Assembly (NCBI GenBank): GCA_050175015.1
Contig: JBFXJJ010000003.1
Span: forward strand, 32,001 to 96,000
Direction: 5' to 3'
Length of the DNA stretch: 64,000 bases
From: Alphaproteobacteria bacterium
GTDB taxonomy: Bacteria; Pseudomonadota; Alphaproteobacteria; JBFXJJ01
A program made the translations under genes and the position numbers. Below, one piece after another: positions 31,911-43,286 of this stretch; position 1 is the first letter of the stretch, and each line of letters starts with the position of its first letter. The notes beneath the pieces were generated by a model, which was given only the letters and a program-made list of their open reading frames with translations, was not told the DNA's origin and made no database searches.

Positions 31911-33722
31911 ATGACAAATTACAAATCTTCAATTTTTAAAAAGCGTGAAATGGCAGGGGCAAGAAGTCTTTGGAATGCGACTAACCGGCAATATGATCCA
32001 AGCCGTCCGATTATTGCGGTCGCCAATTCTTTTACCGAGTTTGTTCCAGGGCATACTCATTTGCAGGAAGTTGGAGAATTAGTTTGTCAGGCAATTTATG
32101 AGGCTGGCGGTCTTCCTAAGTTATTTAATACTATTGCTATCGATGATGGGATTGCTATGGGACACGGAGGAATGCTTTACAGTCTTCCTTCTAGGGAAGT
32201 AATCGCTGATTCAGTTGAATTTATGGCTAATGCTCACGTTGCCGATGCTCTTATATGCATTTCTAATTGTGATAAAATTACCCCAGGAATGTTGATGGCG
32301 GCAATGCGCCTTAATATTCCAACGGTGATTGTCTCTGGCGGACCAATGGAAGCAGGAAGGGCGGTTATTCAAAATAAGGCAAAAAGCCTTGATTTAATTG
32401 ACGTTATGGTAGCGGCTGGCGATGCTTCAATTTCTGATAACGATGTTAAGATTTATGAAGAAAATTCCTGTCCAACCTGTGGTTCCTGTTCAGGTATGTT
32501 TACTGCCAATTCGATGAACAGTTTAGCCGAAGCTTTAGGACTTGCTCTTCCTGGTAATGGGTCGCTTGTAGCAACTCACGAAAAAAGGAAAGAATTGTTT
32601 GAAGAAGCTTCTAGAGTTCTGATGAATATTACAAAGCGCTTTTATGAAGAAAAAGATCAAAGCGTTTTGCCTCGTTCGATTGCAACTAAAGAGGCTTTCG
32701 AAAATGCAATGCGGTTAGATATTGCGATGGGCGGTTCAACTAATACGGTTTTGCATCTTTTAGCAATCGCACACGAAGCCGAAGTTTCTTTTACAATGAA
32801 AGATATTGATAGATTGTCTAGAGTAACTCCTAATCTTTGTAAGGTTGCTCCGTCTTCTTCATATCATATGGAAGATGTTCACCGAGCAGGCGGCATTATG
32901 GCAATTTTAGGAGAGCTGGCTCAAAATGGGCTTCTTAATACTAAGGCAAAGACGGTTTACAGCGATAACTTAGAAGAAGCTTTGAAAATCTATGATGTTG
33001 CTCGTTCAAGTGAGAAACACAGCTTTTATAAAGCGGCAGCATCAGGAGTTAAGACAATTAAACCCTACAGCCAGTCAAAATATTATGACAGTCTTGATCT
33101 TGATCGAAAAAGCGGCTGTATTCGCTCGATAGAAAACGCTTATTCTAAAGACGGAGGGCTTGCGGTTCTTTATGGCAATTTAGCTGAAGAAGGCTGTATT
33201 GTAAAAACGGCAGGCGTTGATGAAAGCATACTTACCTTTGAGGGAACAGCAGTTGTCTGCGAAAGTCAGGAAGAAGCGGTTAAAAAGATACTGGGCAAAG
33301 AGATTAAAGCAGGTGATGTCGTGGTTATTCGGTATGAAGGACCTAAGGGCGGTCCTGGAATGCAGGAAATGCTTTATCCAACAAGTTATCTAAAATCCGT
33401 AGGTCTTGGAAAGAAATGTGCTTTAATTACTGATGGACGTTTTTCTGGTGGAACATCGGGGCTTTCGATTGGACACGTTTCGCCAGAAGCAGCAGAGGGC
33501 GGGCTTATCGCTCTTATCAACGATGGCGATAAAATCCAAATTGATATTCCTAAACGTACAATTAATGTTTGTATTAATGAAGATGAGTTAGAAAAAAGAA
33601 AGAGGGAACTTTTAGAATTTAAACCCAAGGATAGAAACAGAAAGATTAGTAAAGCTCTTCGTATTTATGCATCATTAGCTGAAAACGCAGCAAAAGGTGC
33701 AGTAAGGAAAGACGTGTTGTAA
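31911..33722 (+). CDS. ilvD: Dihydroxy-acid dehydratase
   Basis: [37 protein letters not shown]. Confidence 0.96.
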   Translation: MTNYKSSIFKKREMAGARSLWNATNRQYDPSRPIIAVANSFTEFVPGHTHLQEVGELVCQAIYEAGGLPKLFNTIAIDDGIAMGHGGMLYSLPSREVIADSVEFMANAHVADALICISNCDKITPGMLMAAMRLNIPTVIVSGGPMEAGRAVIQNKAKSLDLIDVMVAAGDASISDNDVKIYEENSCPTCGSCSGMFTANSMNSLAEALGLALPGNGSLVATHEKRKELFEEASRVLMNITKRFYEEKDQSVLPRSIATKEAFENAMRLDIAMGGSTNTVLHLLAIAHEAEVSFTMKDIDRLSRVTPNLCKVAPSSSYHMEDVHRAGGIMAILGELAQNGLLNTKAKTVYSDNLEEALKIYDVARSSEKHSFYKAAASGVKTIKPYSQSKYYDSLDLDRKSGCIRSIENAYSKDGGLAVLYGNLAEEGCIVKTAGVDESILTFEGTAVVCESQEEAVKKILGKEIKAGDVVVIRYEGPKGGPGMQEMLYPTSYLKSVGLGKKCALITDGRFSGGTSGLSIGHVSPEAAEGGLIALINDGDKIQIDIPKRTINVCINEDELEKRKRELLEFKPKDRNRKISKALRIYASLAENAAKGAVRKDVL

Positions 33723-33819
33723 TACTTAACAACTTAAGTGCTAATTAACATAGTTTAAACTAGATAGAATAAGCCGTATTACCTGAAGTATTATTATATC
33801 TTTTTCTGCAAAATTATTT

Positions 33820-33852
33820 TAAACCGCCTGATTTTTTTAGGCGGTTTATTTT
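33820..33852 (+). terminator. Intrinsic terminator after ilvD
   Basis: TAAACCGCCTGA-loop-TTAGGCGGTTTA then T-run. Confidence 0.75.
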
Positions 33853-33953
33853 TGGCTGTCAAAAATAATTCACATACGCAGAGAGCTTTTTGTATTACCA
33901 TTAATTGTAAAAGTTTTTAATGACTAAATTATAGATGCAAGATAAAGGAGTTT

Positions 33954-35390
33954 ATGATTATGGATAGTAAGGCTAAAAAATGTTTAAAAAATAAATTGAA
34001 GTATAAATCTAATAAATTAAAGGTTAAAGGCATAGATGAAAATTTTGAAGACCAGCAAGCCGCAGCTGAAAATTATGAAGATCAAAAAGAAGCTCTTTAT
34101 ATGCTTAGAGATTTAAGAGATGGAGCTTTATATATCGGTAAACGCCCAAGTCAGCCGATTAAACCAACTAAGCCAGTAAAACCATTTATTTTTGATGAAA
34201 ATGATCCAAAATCTCAAAAAAAGCTTGAAGAATATGAAAAAAAACTCGCAGATTATAATGAGCACAAAGAAGAATATGAAAAAAAATATAAAGAAGACAT
34301 GGCAACGTATAAAAAAGATCATAACGAATATATATGTAAGACTAAAGATTTAGAATCAATAGAATCAAAGACCGTAAAAATACGTAGTCTTTTGTGGAAC
34401 AAGGGCGTCAGGGAAGCAATTAAAAAAATTCAAGAAACGCTTAATAAACAGGCTGAGGCAGAATATAAAGAGAAGAGTCAAGATGTAAAGAGTGCCAAAG
34501 ATGGCAAAAGTAGTAAAAATACAGAAGGTCCAAAATATTTTAGAATAGCTTTTGATGATACCTTGGTATATCGAAAACATCCCAAAGAACCCTATGAAAC
34601 AGATATTTTAGAAGGACATTATAGCAGAGAAGATAGAACGATTTATCTTCCTCGTTTTACTAAGAAATATACTGGAGGAAGCGAATACATAGAATATTTT
34701 AAAGACTGTGAGCTAGACGAAAAGAATTATCCTGAAGATTTTGATTTTTATGCTAAGATGCTTCCTGTTCTTTTTACTCATGAATTAAGGCATGCTGTTC
34801 AGCATGCAAATGGGATTTCTTATAAGGATGATGAAAATTTAAAGGCGTGGTTTATAAAAGATAGAGTTATGGAAGCAGATGCTGATGCCTTTGCTGCTTA
34901 TGTGGCTTATGATTTAGAATCAAAATACGAAGATATTGAATATTTTACTAATGCCAAAAAAACAGACAAAAAAGACATTTTTGAAACGTTTGAGAATGCT
35001 AGGCGTGGAACAGATAATGGCGTAGCATCTAAAGCGGCGTTTAAAGCTTGGTTTAATAGTGATGAAAGAAAAGACAGCTATGAATCAAAAATGATCAAAA
35101 AACTTTCAAAGGTAAGTAGAGACCATATTTTATTCCTTTATAAAGAATTAGATGTTGAAAAATTATTGAAGGATAGTGCCCTTTATTTAGAAGGCGGTGA
35201 TATGGCAAAATTTGTATTAAGAGACGAAAACTGTGGGATAAGAAAAAAAACAGCAGATGAGATTGTTCAAATTTTTCCTTTTATAGATGATGTAAAAAAA
35301 CAAGCTTATGATTTAGCAACTAGAGATAAGCCCCAAAATAATACTAAAAATATAGCTTTTATGAATGCAAAAATTAAACATTCAAGATAA
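33954..35390 (+). CDS. HExxH putative metallopeptidase (DUF6782-like) with charged N-terminal extension and basic C-tail
   Basis: FTHELRHAVQ then MEADADA; ends NIAFMNAKIKHSR; AAGGAG RBS. Confidence 0.6.
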   Translation: MIMDSKAKKCLKNKLKYKSNKLKVKGIDENFEDQQAAAENYEDQKEALYMLRDLRDGALYIGKRPSQPIKPTKPVKPFIFDENDPKSQKKLEEYEKKLADYNEHKEEYEKKYKEDMATYKKDHNEYICKTKDLESIESKTVKIRSLLWNKGVREAIKKIQETLNKQAEAEYKEKSQDVKSAKDGKSSKNTEGPKYFRIAFDDTLVYRKHPKEPYETDILEGHYSREDRTIYLPRFTKKYTGGSEYIEYFKDCELDEKNYPEDFDFYAKMLPVLFTHELRHAVQHANGISYKDDENLKAWFIKDRVMEADADAFAAYVAYDLESKYEDIEYFTNAKKTDKKDIFETFENARRGTDNGVASKAAFKAWFNSDERKDSYESKMIKKLSKVSRDHILFLYKELDVEKLLKDSALYLEGGDMAKFVLRDENCGIRKKTADEIVQIFPFIDDVKKQAYDLATRDKPQNNTKNIAFMNAKIKHSR

Positions 35391-35406
35391 AGGATACTTA
35401 ATTTTG

Positions 35407-37320
35407 ATGAAAGCACTTAAGACATTATTGTTATTTATGGTTTTTGCGGTTTCTGGTTGCGATAATGAAACGGTAGAAGATAATGCAGTCCAAAAAGAAG
35501 GAGGTGTTTTTGAAAAGCTGGGATATAACCCAAAGTGGGAAGAAATTCCAAGTGTCAATGAGTTTAAAGATGTTTTTCTAAAAACAACAGGGCAGAGCTT
35601 TGATGATAAAGTAAACGACTGTGCTTATGAGTTAATTAATCCTAAAAGTGATTGTGAAGAAAATTCTGGGTGCGATATAGAAAGAGAGTTAAGAAAAATA
35701 GAGAAAACGATGCTGAAAAGAGCAAACCAACGTTTCGATGACATTATAAATCCTTCTTATTTAGTTAAACAATATGATCCTCAAAGTAAAATTAGTTATT
35801 TTGAAGATATTTGTTATAAATCTCTTTTTTTGGAATTAAATTATCTTGAAAAAGGTCATAAGCTAGCTTGCAAACGTAGTGATTTCTTTAGAAATTTGAT
35901 TGAAGATGGTTCATCTTGGCTTCTAAGCAACAATTACTCAAAAGAAGTTATAGATGATTGGTTTGGTTCGCAATACCTCGTTCCCAAAAAGATCAAATTA
36001 GATAGAATAGAAAATACTATTTATGATCCATATGTTGTAAGAAAAAAAATACTAAAAGTAAGTGAAGATTTACTACTTTATAAAGATTCAAAATATGCTT
36101 CTTTTTGCAAAGCTGTAGCTGAGGGATATGGCTATTTGTTTTATGATAAAGTAGATGTTGATGACAAAGTAAAAAAGATAGAAAAAAATACAGATATAGC
36201 TCAAAGCAACGTTAAACTAAAAGATAAGGGTGAACCTGATTATATCATAGAATTTGATTATGATAATGATGGCAAAAAAGAATTAATTCATAGAACATAT
36301 TTATATGGAGAGCCAGAAAAAGGCAAACCTGAAAACAGCCCAGATTACGGAGATGGAGTGTTTTTGGGAGCAACTCATTGCCAGAGAGAACTACAGAATT
36401 ACTATGATTCTAGCATTAACAGAGATATCTTAACTGTCTATAAAGACAATATAGGAAAGGTAGAAAAGTATCTAAAAAAGATTAAAACTATAGAAGGTTG
36501 GGATCATCTTAAGAGTATAAGAGAAAAGTTTGGTGGTAAAGATCTTGATTATGAATGTTTATACAATATCAAAAAACTTAAAAATGCCGATTTTTTTACG
36601 TTTAAGCATAATCCTTATATAATGTATTCTGATGATTATGAGAACAAAGTAATATCTATAAAAGCCAAAGAGTATAATGTTGAGTGTTATTCTCTCCATC
36701 TACATTCTAAATTATTTGAAGAAACTGATAGTAGAAAACAAATTAATATTGATTATAAAGCTTTGGTAGCGGGATCCTTTCCTATTTACTATGTAAACGA
36801 TGACGTTTATTTTTATGATGAGACCCTTTTAGATGAAATTAAGAAAATATCTTATAATGTTTCTTGGTATGATTCCGATACTAGGAATAAAGTTGAAGAA
36901 TATCTAAAAGATAAGGCAAAAACGATATGCAATGTTGATTTGGATAAAGTTCAATATAAGCCAGAAAACAAGGCAAAGATTTTAAAATTAAGAAAAGATA
37001 ATAGCGAAGAAGCCGTTTTAGATGAAGCTAAAATTGTTTTTAACGATGATATTCCTAAAGAGCAGAAAGAATGTGGACTAAATTTTGAACAAGATAATTG
37101 CACATTATATATTTTAAATAATAGTAATGAAGGTATTAAAGCTAGATATTTTTTACCAATGGCAGCAAAAGAGACAAAAAATACCCAAAGAGAGCTTATG
37201 TATATTAATGATGGCTATAACGACACCGTCATAGAACCTGGTCAGTTTGCTCAAATTGACATTCCTGTCCCTCTTTTCTTAAGTGTACATAAAAAAACAT
37301 GGATAAATAAGTTTTTTTAA
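35407..37320 (+). CDS. Cys-containing lipoprotein, paralog 1
   Basis: MKALKTLLLFMVFAVSG-C lipobox; DYDNDGKKE Ca-binding-like loop; start moved to ATG 35407 by comparison with the paralogs. Confidence 0.8.
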   Translation: MKALKTLLLFMVFAVSGCDNETVEDNAVQKEGGVFEKLGYNPKWEEIPSVNEFKDVFLKTTGQSFDDKVNDCAYELINPKSDCEENSGCDIERELRKIEKTMLKRANQRFDDIINPSYLVKQYDPQSKISYFEDICYKSLFLELNYLEKGHKLACKRSDFFRNLIEDGSSWLLSNNYSKEVIDDWFGSQYLVPKKIKLDRIENTIYDPYVVRKKILKVSEDLLLYKDSKYASFCKAVAEGYGYLFYDKVDVDDKVKKIEKNTDIAQSNVKLKDKGEPDYIIEFDYDNDGKKELIHRTYLYGEPEKGKPENSPDYGDGVFLGATHCQRELQNYYDSSINRDILTVYKDNIGKVEKYLKKIKTIEGWDHLKSIREKFGGKDLDYECLYNIKKLKNADFFTFKHNPYIMYSDDYENKVISIKAKEYNVECYSLHLHSKLFEETDSRKQINIDYKALVAGSFPIYYVNDDVYFYDETLLDEIKKISYNVSWYDSDTRNKVEEYLKDKAKTICNVDLDKVQYKPENKAKILKLRKDNSEEAVLDEAKIVFNDDIPKEQKECGLNFEQDNCTLYILNNSNEGIKARYFLPMAAKETKNTQRELMYINDGYNDTVIEPGQFAQIDIPVPLFLSVHKKTWINKFF

Positions 37321-37350
37321 ATAAAAGATTTAAAAGGATACTTAATTTTG

Positions 37351-39267
37351 ATGAAAGCACTTAAGACATTATTGGTATTTATGTTTTTTGTCGTTTCTGG
37401 TTGCGATAAGGCGATAGCAGAAGATAATGCAGTCCAAAAAGAAGGAAGTGTTTTTGAAAAGCTGGGATATAACCCAAAGTGGGAAGAAATCCCAAGTGTT
37501 AATGAGTTTAAAGATGTTTTCCTAAAAACAACAGGGCAGAGCTTTGATGATAGGGTTAACGATTGTGCTTATAAAGCTGTTAGCTCAATAAAAAATGGAG
37601 TAGAAAGGCTTAATTCAGATACAGTAGGTGGTTCTTTAGAAATTTTGGATAACAAGCCTTTTCGTGCTCGTAAGTATGTGCCATATAATTATCATAAATA
37701 TTGCGATGGCGTTTTAGATTCAAACTTAAATTATCCTAAAAAAGGTCATAAACTAGCGTGCAAACGTAGCGATTTTTTTAGAAATTTGGTTGAAGATGGT
37801 TCTTCTTGGTTTTTAAGCAATAAAGATTCTAAAGAATTTGTTAAAAATTGGTTCTGGGGTAAATATGCTCTTCCTAAAGACACTAAAATAGATAACATAG
37901 AAAATACTCTTTATGATCCTTCTTTTGTAAAAGAAAACGTATTTAAAGATACTTTTGAGGCAATTTATTATAACAAAACTAAGGACATCTTTATTTGCAA
38001 AGCTATAGCTGAAGGTTATGGTTTTTATTCCTATGATAAAGTTAGGACAAAAGATGGAATAAAAAAAATAGAAAAAGATACCAATATAGCTCAAAGCCAA
38101 ATTACCTTAGATCATAAACTCGAACCAGATTATATTATGGAGCTTGATTATAACAATGACGGCAAAAGGGAGCTGATTCATAAAATATCTTTGCATTCAA
38201 GCGCAGAGCTTGGATGCCCTAATCCAGATGGCAGTATAAATTTTGATCAATGTGATTGTTGGTGTGATATTTCTGGTATGAAAGAAGATGAAATAAAACC
38301 ATGCGACTGCGACTGTGGATTTGATCGTCCTTTTGTTGCTATTTATGAAAATAATATTGAAGAGGTAAAGCAATATTTAAAAACACCCGATCTTATTATT
38401 AAAGATTGGTATCATTATAATATGATTAAAGAAAAATTTGGTGGGGAAGATCTAAAATATGAATGTTCTTGCTATGTAAGAGATTTTGTTCAGAATACCG
38501 ATTTTTTAACGTTTAGAAATGAAACTTATATCATAGATTTTATTGATAAAAGAAATTATCCTGATAATTATATCGGAGAAGTTTTACATCCCAAGGGAAA
38601 GACAAGTAGATATTCTACGGGAAGATGGTGTGATTCTGTTTGTTATTTAAAGGAAGTGTATTCTTGGGATTTAATAGATGATGACTCTGATTATATAAAG
38701 GCGTCAGTAGTAGATGCTTTTCCTATCTATTATGTAAATGATGACAGCTATCTTTATGATGAAAGCCTTTTAGATGAAATTAAGAAAATATCTTATAATG
38801 TTGCTGATTATGGTTCCGATAGAAGAAACGAGGTTGAAGAATATCTAAAAGATAAGGCAAAAACGTTATGCAATGTTGATTTGGATAAAGTTCAATATAA
38901 GCCAGAAAACAAGGCAAAGATTTTAAAATTAAGAAAAGATAATGGCGAAGAAGCAGTTTTAGATGAAACTAAAATTGTAAAAAATATTACAATTCCAGAA
39001 AAACAAAAGATATGCGGATTAAATCAGAAAAGTGAAAGATGCACATTATACATCTTAAATAATAGTGGCAAAGAAGTTACAGCTAGGCACTTTTATATTT
39101 TAGCATCAAAAGAAACAGGACTTTATCAAGAAGATATAATGTATATTAATGATGGCTATAACGATGCCGTCATAAAACCTGATCAGTTTGCTCAAATTAA
39201 TATCCCTGTCCCCTTCTATTTATATTACATAGAAGATGGAACTGAACAACTGTATGTAAAAGATTAA
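37351..39267 (+). CDS. Cys-rich lipoprotein, paralog 2
   Basis: VSG-C lipobox; DYNNDGKRE; unique CDCWC...CDCDC segment. Confidence 0.8.
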   Translation: MKALKTLLVFMFFVVSGCDKAIAEDNAVQKEGSVFEKLGYNPKWEEIPSVNEFKDVFLKTTGQSFDDRVNDCAYKAVSSIKNGVERLNSDTVGGSLEILDNKPFRARKYVPYNYHKYCDGVLDSNLNYPKKGHKLACKRSDFFRNLVEDGSSWFLSNKDSKEFVKNWFWGKYALPKDTKIDNIENTLYDPSFVKENVFKDTFEAIYYNKTKDIFICKAIAEGYGFYSYDKVRTKDGIKKIEKDTNIAQSQITLDHKLEPDYIMELDYNNDGKRELIHKISLHSSAELGCPNPDGSINFDQCDCWCDISGMKEDEIKPCDCDCGFDRPFVAIYENNIEEVKQYLKTPDLIIKDWYHYNMIKEKFGGEDLKYECSCYVRDFVQNTDFLTFRNETYIIDFIDKRNYPDNYIGEVLHPKGKTSRYSTGRWCDSVCYLKEVYSWDLIDDDSDYIKASVVDAFPIYYVNDDSYLYDESLLDEIKKISYNVADYGSDRRNEVEEYLKDKAKTLCNVDLDKVQYKPENKAKILKLRKDNGEEAVLDETKIVKNITIPEKQKICGLNQKSERCTLYILNNSGKEVTARHFYILASKETGLYQEDIMYINDGYNDAVIKPDQFAQINIPVPFYLYYIEDGTEQLYVKD

Positions 39268-39324
39268 CGATAAGCTTGAGGTTGAGTTTCTAAAAAGCTC
39301 TCAATATAAGGACATTTACTTTTG

Positions 39325-41238
39325 ATGAAGTCACTTAAAGTATTATTGTTATTTATGGTTTTTGTCGTTTCTGGTTGCGATAATGAAGCGGGAAAAGATG
39401 ATGCAGTCCAAAAAGATGGAAGTGTTTTTGAAAAGCTGGGATATAATCCAAAGTGGGAAGAAGTTCCAAGCATCAATGAGTTTAAAGATGTTTTTCTAAA
39501 AACAACAGGGCAGAGCTTTGATGATAGGGTTAACGACTGTGCTTATAAAGCTATTAGCTCAATAAAAAAAGGAGTAGAAAGGCTTAATTCAGATACAGTA
39601 GGTGGTTCTTTAGAAATTTTAGATAACAAGCCTTTTATCACTAATGAAAGTCTACCATATAGTTGTAAAAAAGAATGCTATGAAATCCTATATTCAAACT
39701 TAAATTATCTTAAAAAAGGTCATAAACTAGCTTGCAAACGTAGCGATTTCTTTAGAAATTTGGTTGAAGATGGTTCTTCTTGGCTTTTAAGCAGTAATGT
39801 TTCTCAAGACGATTTAGATGATTGGTTTTGGGATAGATATATAGTTCCTAAAGATGAGATACTTAGCGACATAAATAAGACCATTATAAAGAGTACAACT
39901 TCCACTATTTATGATTTGTTTATTGTAAAAGAAAGAATACTAAGAAAAGGCAATATAATTAAAAAAGGCAGACCTATAATGTCCTTCAAACATCCTGAAT
40001 ATGAGGACGTTTGTAAGACTGTTGCAAACGAGCAAGGATATAGGCTTTTCAATGTTGATATGAAAAATGGGACGGAGAAAACAGGGAAGATAAAGGAAAT
40101 AAAAAAATATACTAATATAGCTCAAAGCAACGTTAAACTAAAAGATAAAGGTGAACCTGATTATATCATAGAATTTGATTATGATAATGATGGCAAAAAA
40201 GAATTAATTCATAGAACATATTTATATGGAGAGCCAGAAAAAGGTAAACCTGAAAATAGCCCAGATTCTGGAGATGGAGTGTTTTTTGGACCAACTCATT
40301 GTCAGAGAGAACCTCAGAATTATTATGATCCTAGCATTAACAGAGATCTCTTAACTGTCTATAAGGACAATATAGGAAAGGTAAAAAAGTATCTAAGAAA
40401 GACTAAAACTATAGAAGGTTGGGATCATCTTAAGAGTATAAGAGAAAAGTTTGGTGGTAAAGATCTTGATTATGAATGTTTGTATAATATCAAAAAACTT
40501 GAAAATGCCGATTTTTTTACGTTTAATGGTAAAAATTACATAATATCTTTTCATAGTTCTATGGCAGAAGTTATACTTATAGATGGAGAAAAGTATAAGA
40601 AGGTTTGCACGGCTAAACTTTTTTTCCCAAGGGAAATAGAAAATATTATAGGTACTACTGATTATATAAAGGCGTCAGTAGCAGGGGCTTTTCCTATCTA
40701 CTATGTAAATGATGACAGCTATCTTTATGATGAAAGCCTTTTAGATGAAATTAAGAAAATATCTTATGAGGTTGCATTTTCTAAACCATCGTTTAGAGAT
40801 AAGGTCGAAGAATATCTAAAAGATAAGGCAAAAACGATATGCAATGTTGATTTGGATAAAGTTCAATATAAGCCAGAAAACAAGGCAAAGATTTTAAAAT
40901 TAAGAAAAGATAATGGCGAAGAAGCAGTTTTAGATGAAACTAAAATTGTAAAAAATATTACAATTCCAGAAAAACAAAAGATATGCGGATTAAATCAGAA
41001 AAGTGAAAGATGCACATTATACATCTTAAATAATAGTGGCAAAGAAGTTACAGCTAGGCACTTTTATATTTTAGCATCAAAAGAAACAGGACTTTATCAA
41101 GAAGATATAATGTATATTAATTATGGCTATAACGATGCCGTCATAAAACCTTCTCAGTTTGCTCAAATCAATATTCCTGTCCCCTTTTATCTATATTACA
41201 TAGAAGATGGAACTGAACAACTGTATGTAAAAGATTAA
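39325..41238 (+). CDS. Lipoprotein, paralog 3 (mosaic of 1 and 2)
   Basis: VSG-C lipobox; central block like paralog 1, N- and C-terminal blocks like paralog 2. Confidence 0.8.
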   Translation: MKSLKVLLLFMVFVVSGCDNEAGKDDAVQKDGSVFEKLGYNPKWEEVPSINEFKDVFLKTTGQSFDDRVNDCAYKAISSIKKGVERLNSDTVGGSLEILDNKPFITNESLPYSCKKECYEILYSNLNYLKKGHKLACKRSDFFRNLVEDGSSWLLSSNVSQDDLDDWFWDRYIVPKDEILSDINKTIIKSTTSTIYDLFIVKERILRKGNIIKKGRPIMSFKHPEYEDVCKTVANEQGYRLFNVDMKNGTEKTGKIKEIKKYTNIAQSNVKLKDKGEPDYIIEFDYDNDGKKELIHRTYLYGEPEKGKPENSPDSGDGVFFGPTHCQREPQNYYDPSINRDLLTVYKDNIGKVKKYLRKTKTIEGWDHLKSIREKFGGKDLDYECLYNIKKLENADFFTFNGKNYIISFHSSMAEVILIDGEKYKKVCTAKLFFPREIENIIGTTDYIKASVAGAFPIYYVNDDSYLYDESLLDEIKKISYEVAFSKPSFRDKVEEYLKDKAKTICNVDLDKVQYKPENKAKILKLRKDNGEEAVLDETKIVKNITIPEKQKICGLNQKSERCTLYILNNSGKEVTARHFYILASKETGLYQEDIMYINYGYNDAVIKPSQFAQINIPVPFYLYYIEDGTEQLYVKD

Positions 41239-41418
41239 CGATAAGCTTGAGGTCAATTTTTCAAGAGGCTTTAAAGATAAAGGATTTTCTATTTTAACGA
41301 ATTTTAGAGTGCAGAGTTATCCTGCTAAAATAAAAAAAATGTAAATAAACCTTTTTTGTTTGGCATAAAATCCGTATCTTATTTTCTAAAGAGACAATAT
41401 TAAGGTTTAGTTGAGAAT

Positions 41419-43167
41419 ATGGAAAAGACACCATTCAAATTTTTGTGGCATTATGCCAAAAAGTTGAAAGCTTATGTTTTTTGGACAATAGGAATTTTAG
41501 CTTTTTCAGATTTGTTTTTAAGAATAGGATTTTTTTACGGTTCTAGGATAGTCGATGTTGTTCTAAAGACAGAAAATAAAGAAGCGGCTTTTTATCAAGC
41601 GCTTAAGCTAACCTTTCTGCTTGGTGTTTTTATGTTGGCATCGGGCATTATTCGAAATTTTTTAACTAATGTCCAAGCAAAGTATCAGCCATATTATATT
41701 CTGCTGGTTAGCAAAGATTTATTTTCATATGTTCATAAACATTCTCCAGCATTTTTTATTGAGGAAATGTCGGGCAGAATAGGCAGTAAAATTAATAATA
41801 TTATAAATGCCTGTTATCGGTCTTATTTTGATATTACCTTTGGGGTCGTTAACACTTCTTTGTGTTTATTAATAACCATAGCCTTTCTAGTAAAAATTAA
41901 TTTTTATATGGCACTGATTTTAACCGTCTATATGGCTCTATTTGTTCTTGTAATTGTAAAAATCAGTAAGGAAATAAGCTATTATTCAGAAAAATATGCG
42001 AACGCTAATTCTAAGGCAAACGGTATTTTAATTGACAGTTTTACTAATGTTTTAGAGGTTAAAAATTTTGGGACATATAACTTCGAAAAAAGGAATTATT
42101 TCAAAGCGCTGAAAAAAGTCAGAGAGGCAGATAAGCAGGAGATTTTGAAATACGCCAAGCTGTTTTATATTCAGGCTTTTATGCAAAAATTTTCCTTGGT
42201 TATGTTTTGGTTTCTTCCTTTGATATATTGGTATAAAGGAATGATAACAACCGCAGATTTTGTTTTTGTCGGCGTTTTAGTTAACGAACTTCAAGGTATG
42301 CTTAATATTGTTGGTTTTCAAACCGTTAATTTATTTAAACTTCGAGGTGAGATCGGAGATGCGCTTAAACTTTTGGCTCGTTCTCACGATATAAAAGATG
42401 CGATTGATGCTAAAAAGCTAAAAGTAGAAAAAGGAAATATCGAATTTTCTAAGGTTACGTTTAATTATAAGAAAACCGAACCGTTATTTGATAATCTGAA
42501 CGTCAAAATAGAGGCGGGTGAAAAGGTAGGCTTGGTTGGCAGATCAGGTTCTGGAAAATCGAGCTTTATTAAGCTCCTTTCAAGATATTATGATATTCAA
42601 AAAGGGCAAATATTAATTGATGGTGTTGATATAAAAGAAGTTACTCAAGAAAGTCTGCATAAAAATATCGCAATTATTCCGCAGGATATAACGTTGTTTA
42701 ATCGTCCTTTGATAGAAAATATTCGTTATGGCAATATTAAAGCCAGTGATGAAGAGGTTTTTAAAGCATCAAAGAAAGCTTATGTTGATGATTTTATTAA
42801 TAAACTGCCTGATAAATATGAAACCTTTGTCGGAGAACGAGGCGTTATGCTGTCAGGAGGACAACGGCAAAGAATAGCAATAGCTAGAGCAATATTGAAA
42901 AATGCTCCCATTTTAATTTTAGATGAAGCGACAAGTTCTTTAGATAGTGAATCAGAACAATATATTCAAAAATCAATTAAGTCTTTAATGAGAAACAAGA
43001 CCGTATTAGCAATAGCTCACAGACTTTCAACGCTAAGAGAAATGAACCGTATTTTAGTTTATGATGACGGCAGAATAGTTGAAGAGGGAACGCATCGGGA
43101 CTTGATTAAAAAGAATGGAATCTACAGCACCTTATGGGATATGCAGTCTGGAGAATTTGTTAGTTAA
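41419..43167 (+). CDS. ABC exporter, fused permease/ATPase (MsbA/MdlB-like)
   Basis: N-terminal TMs, GRSGSGKS, LSGGQRQR, ILDEATS. Confidence 0.9.
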   Translation: MEKTPFKFLWHYAKKLKAYVFWTIGILAFSDLFLRIGFFYGSRIVDVVLKTENKEAAFYQALKLTFLLGVFMLASGIIRNFLTNVQAKYQPYYILLVSKDLFSYVHKHSPAFFIEEMSGRIGSKINNIINACYRSYFDITFGVVNTSLCLLITIAFLVKINFYMALILTVYMALFVLVIVKISKEISYYSEKYANANSKANGILIDSFTNVLEVKNFGTYNFEKRNYFKALKKVREADKQEILKYAKLFYIQAFMQKFSLVMFWFLPLIYWYKGMITTADFVFVGVLVNELQGMLNIVGFQTVNLFKLRGEIGDALKLLARSHDIKDAIDAKKLKVEKGNIEFSKVTFNYKKTEPLFDNLNVKIEAGEKVGLVGRSGSGKSSFIKLLSRYYDIQKGQILIDGVDIKEVTQESLHKNIAIIPQDITLFNRPLIENIRYGNIKASDEEVFKASKKAYVDDFINKLPDKYETFVGERGVMLSGGQRQRIAIARAILKNAPILILDEATSSLDSESEQYIQKSIKSLMRNKTVLAIAHRLSTLREMNRILVYDDGRIVEEGTHRDLIKKNGIYSTLWDMQSGEFVS

Positions 43168-43286
43168 GTTTAGGGCGTTTTACTTGTTTGTGACGATATA
43201 AAAAGGCCTATTGATACTTAGCCAAAAAGCAAAGTAAAAGCTAATAACGTGATAAAGAAAATTTTTAAGCTAAATACAGCTTGTGA

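Larger units (their letters stand above)
35390..41253 (+). repeat. Tandem triplication of a ~1.95-kb lipoprotein gene
   Basis: Starts 1944 and 1974 bp apart; long near-identical DNA blocks. Confidence 0.9.

Noticed and set aside
33734-33749. CtrA-like TTAA-N7-TTAAC
   Set aside because: Expected by chance in AT-rich DNA and located upstream of the ilvD terminator
35407-41238. Diversity-generating retroelement targets
   Set aside because: Differences are not adenine-specific, and there is no reverse transcriptase or template repeat in the window
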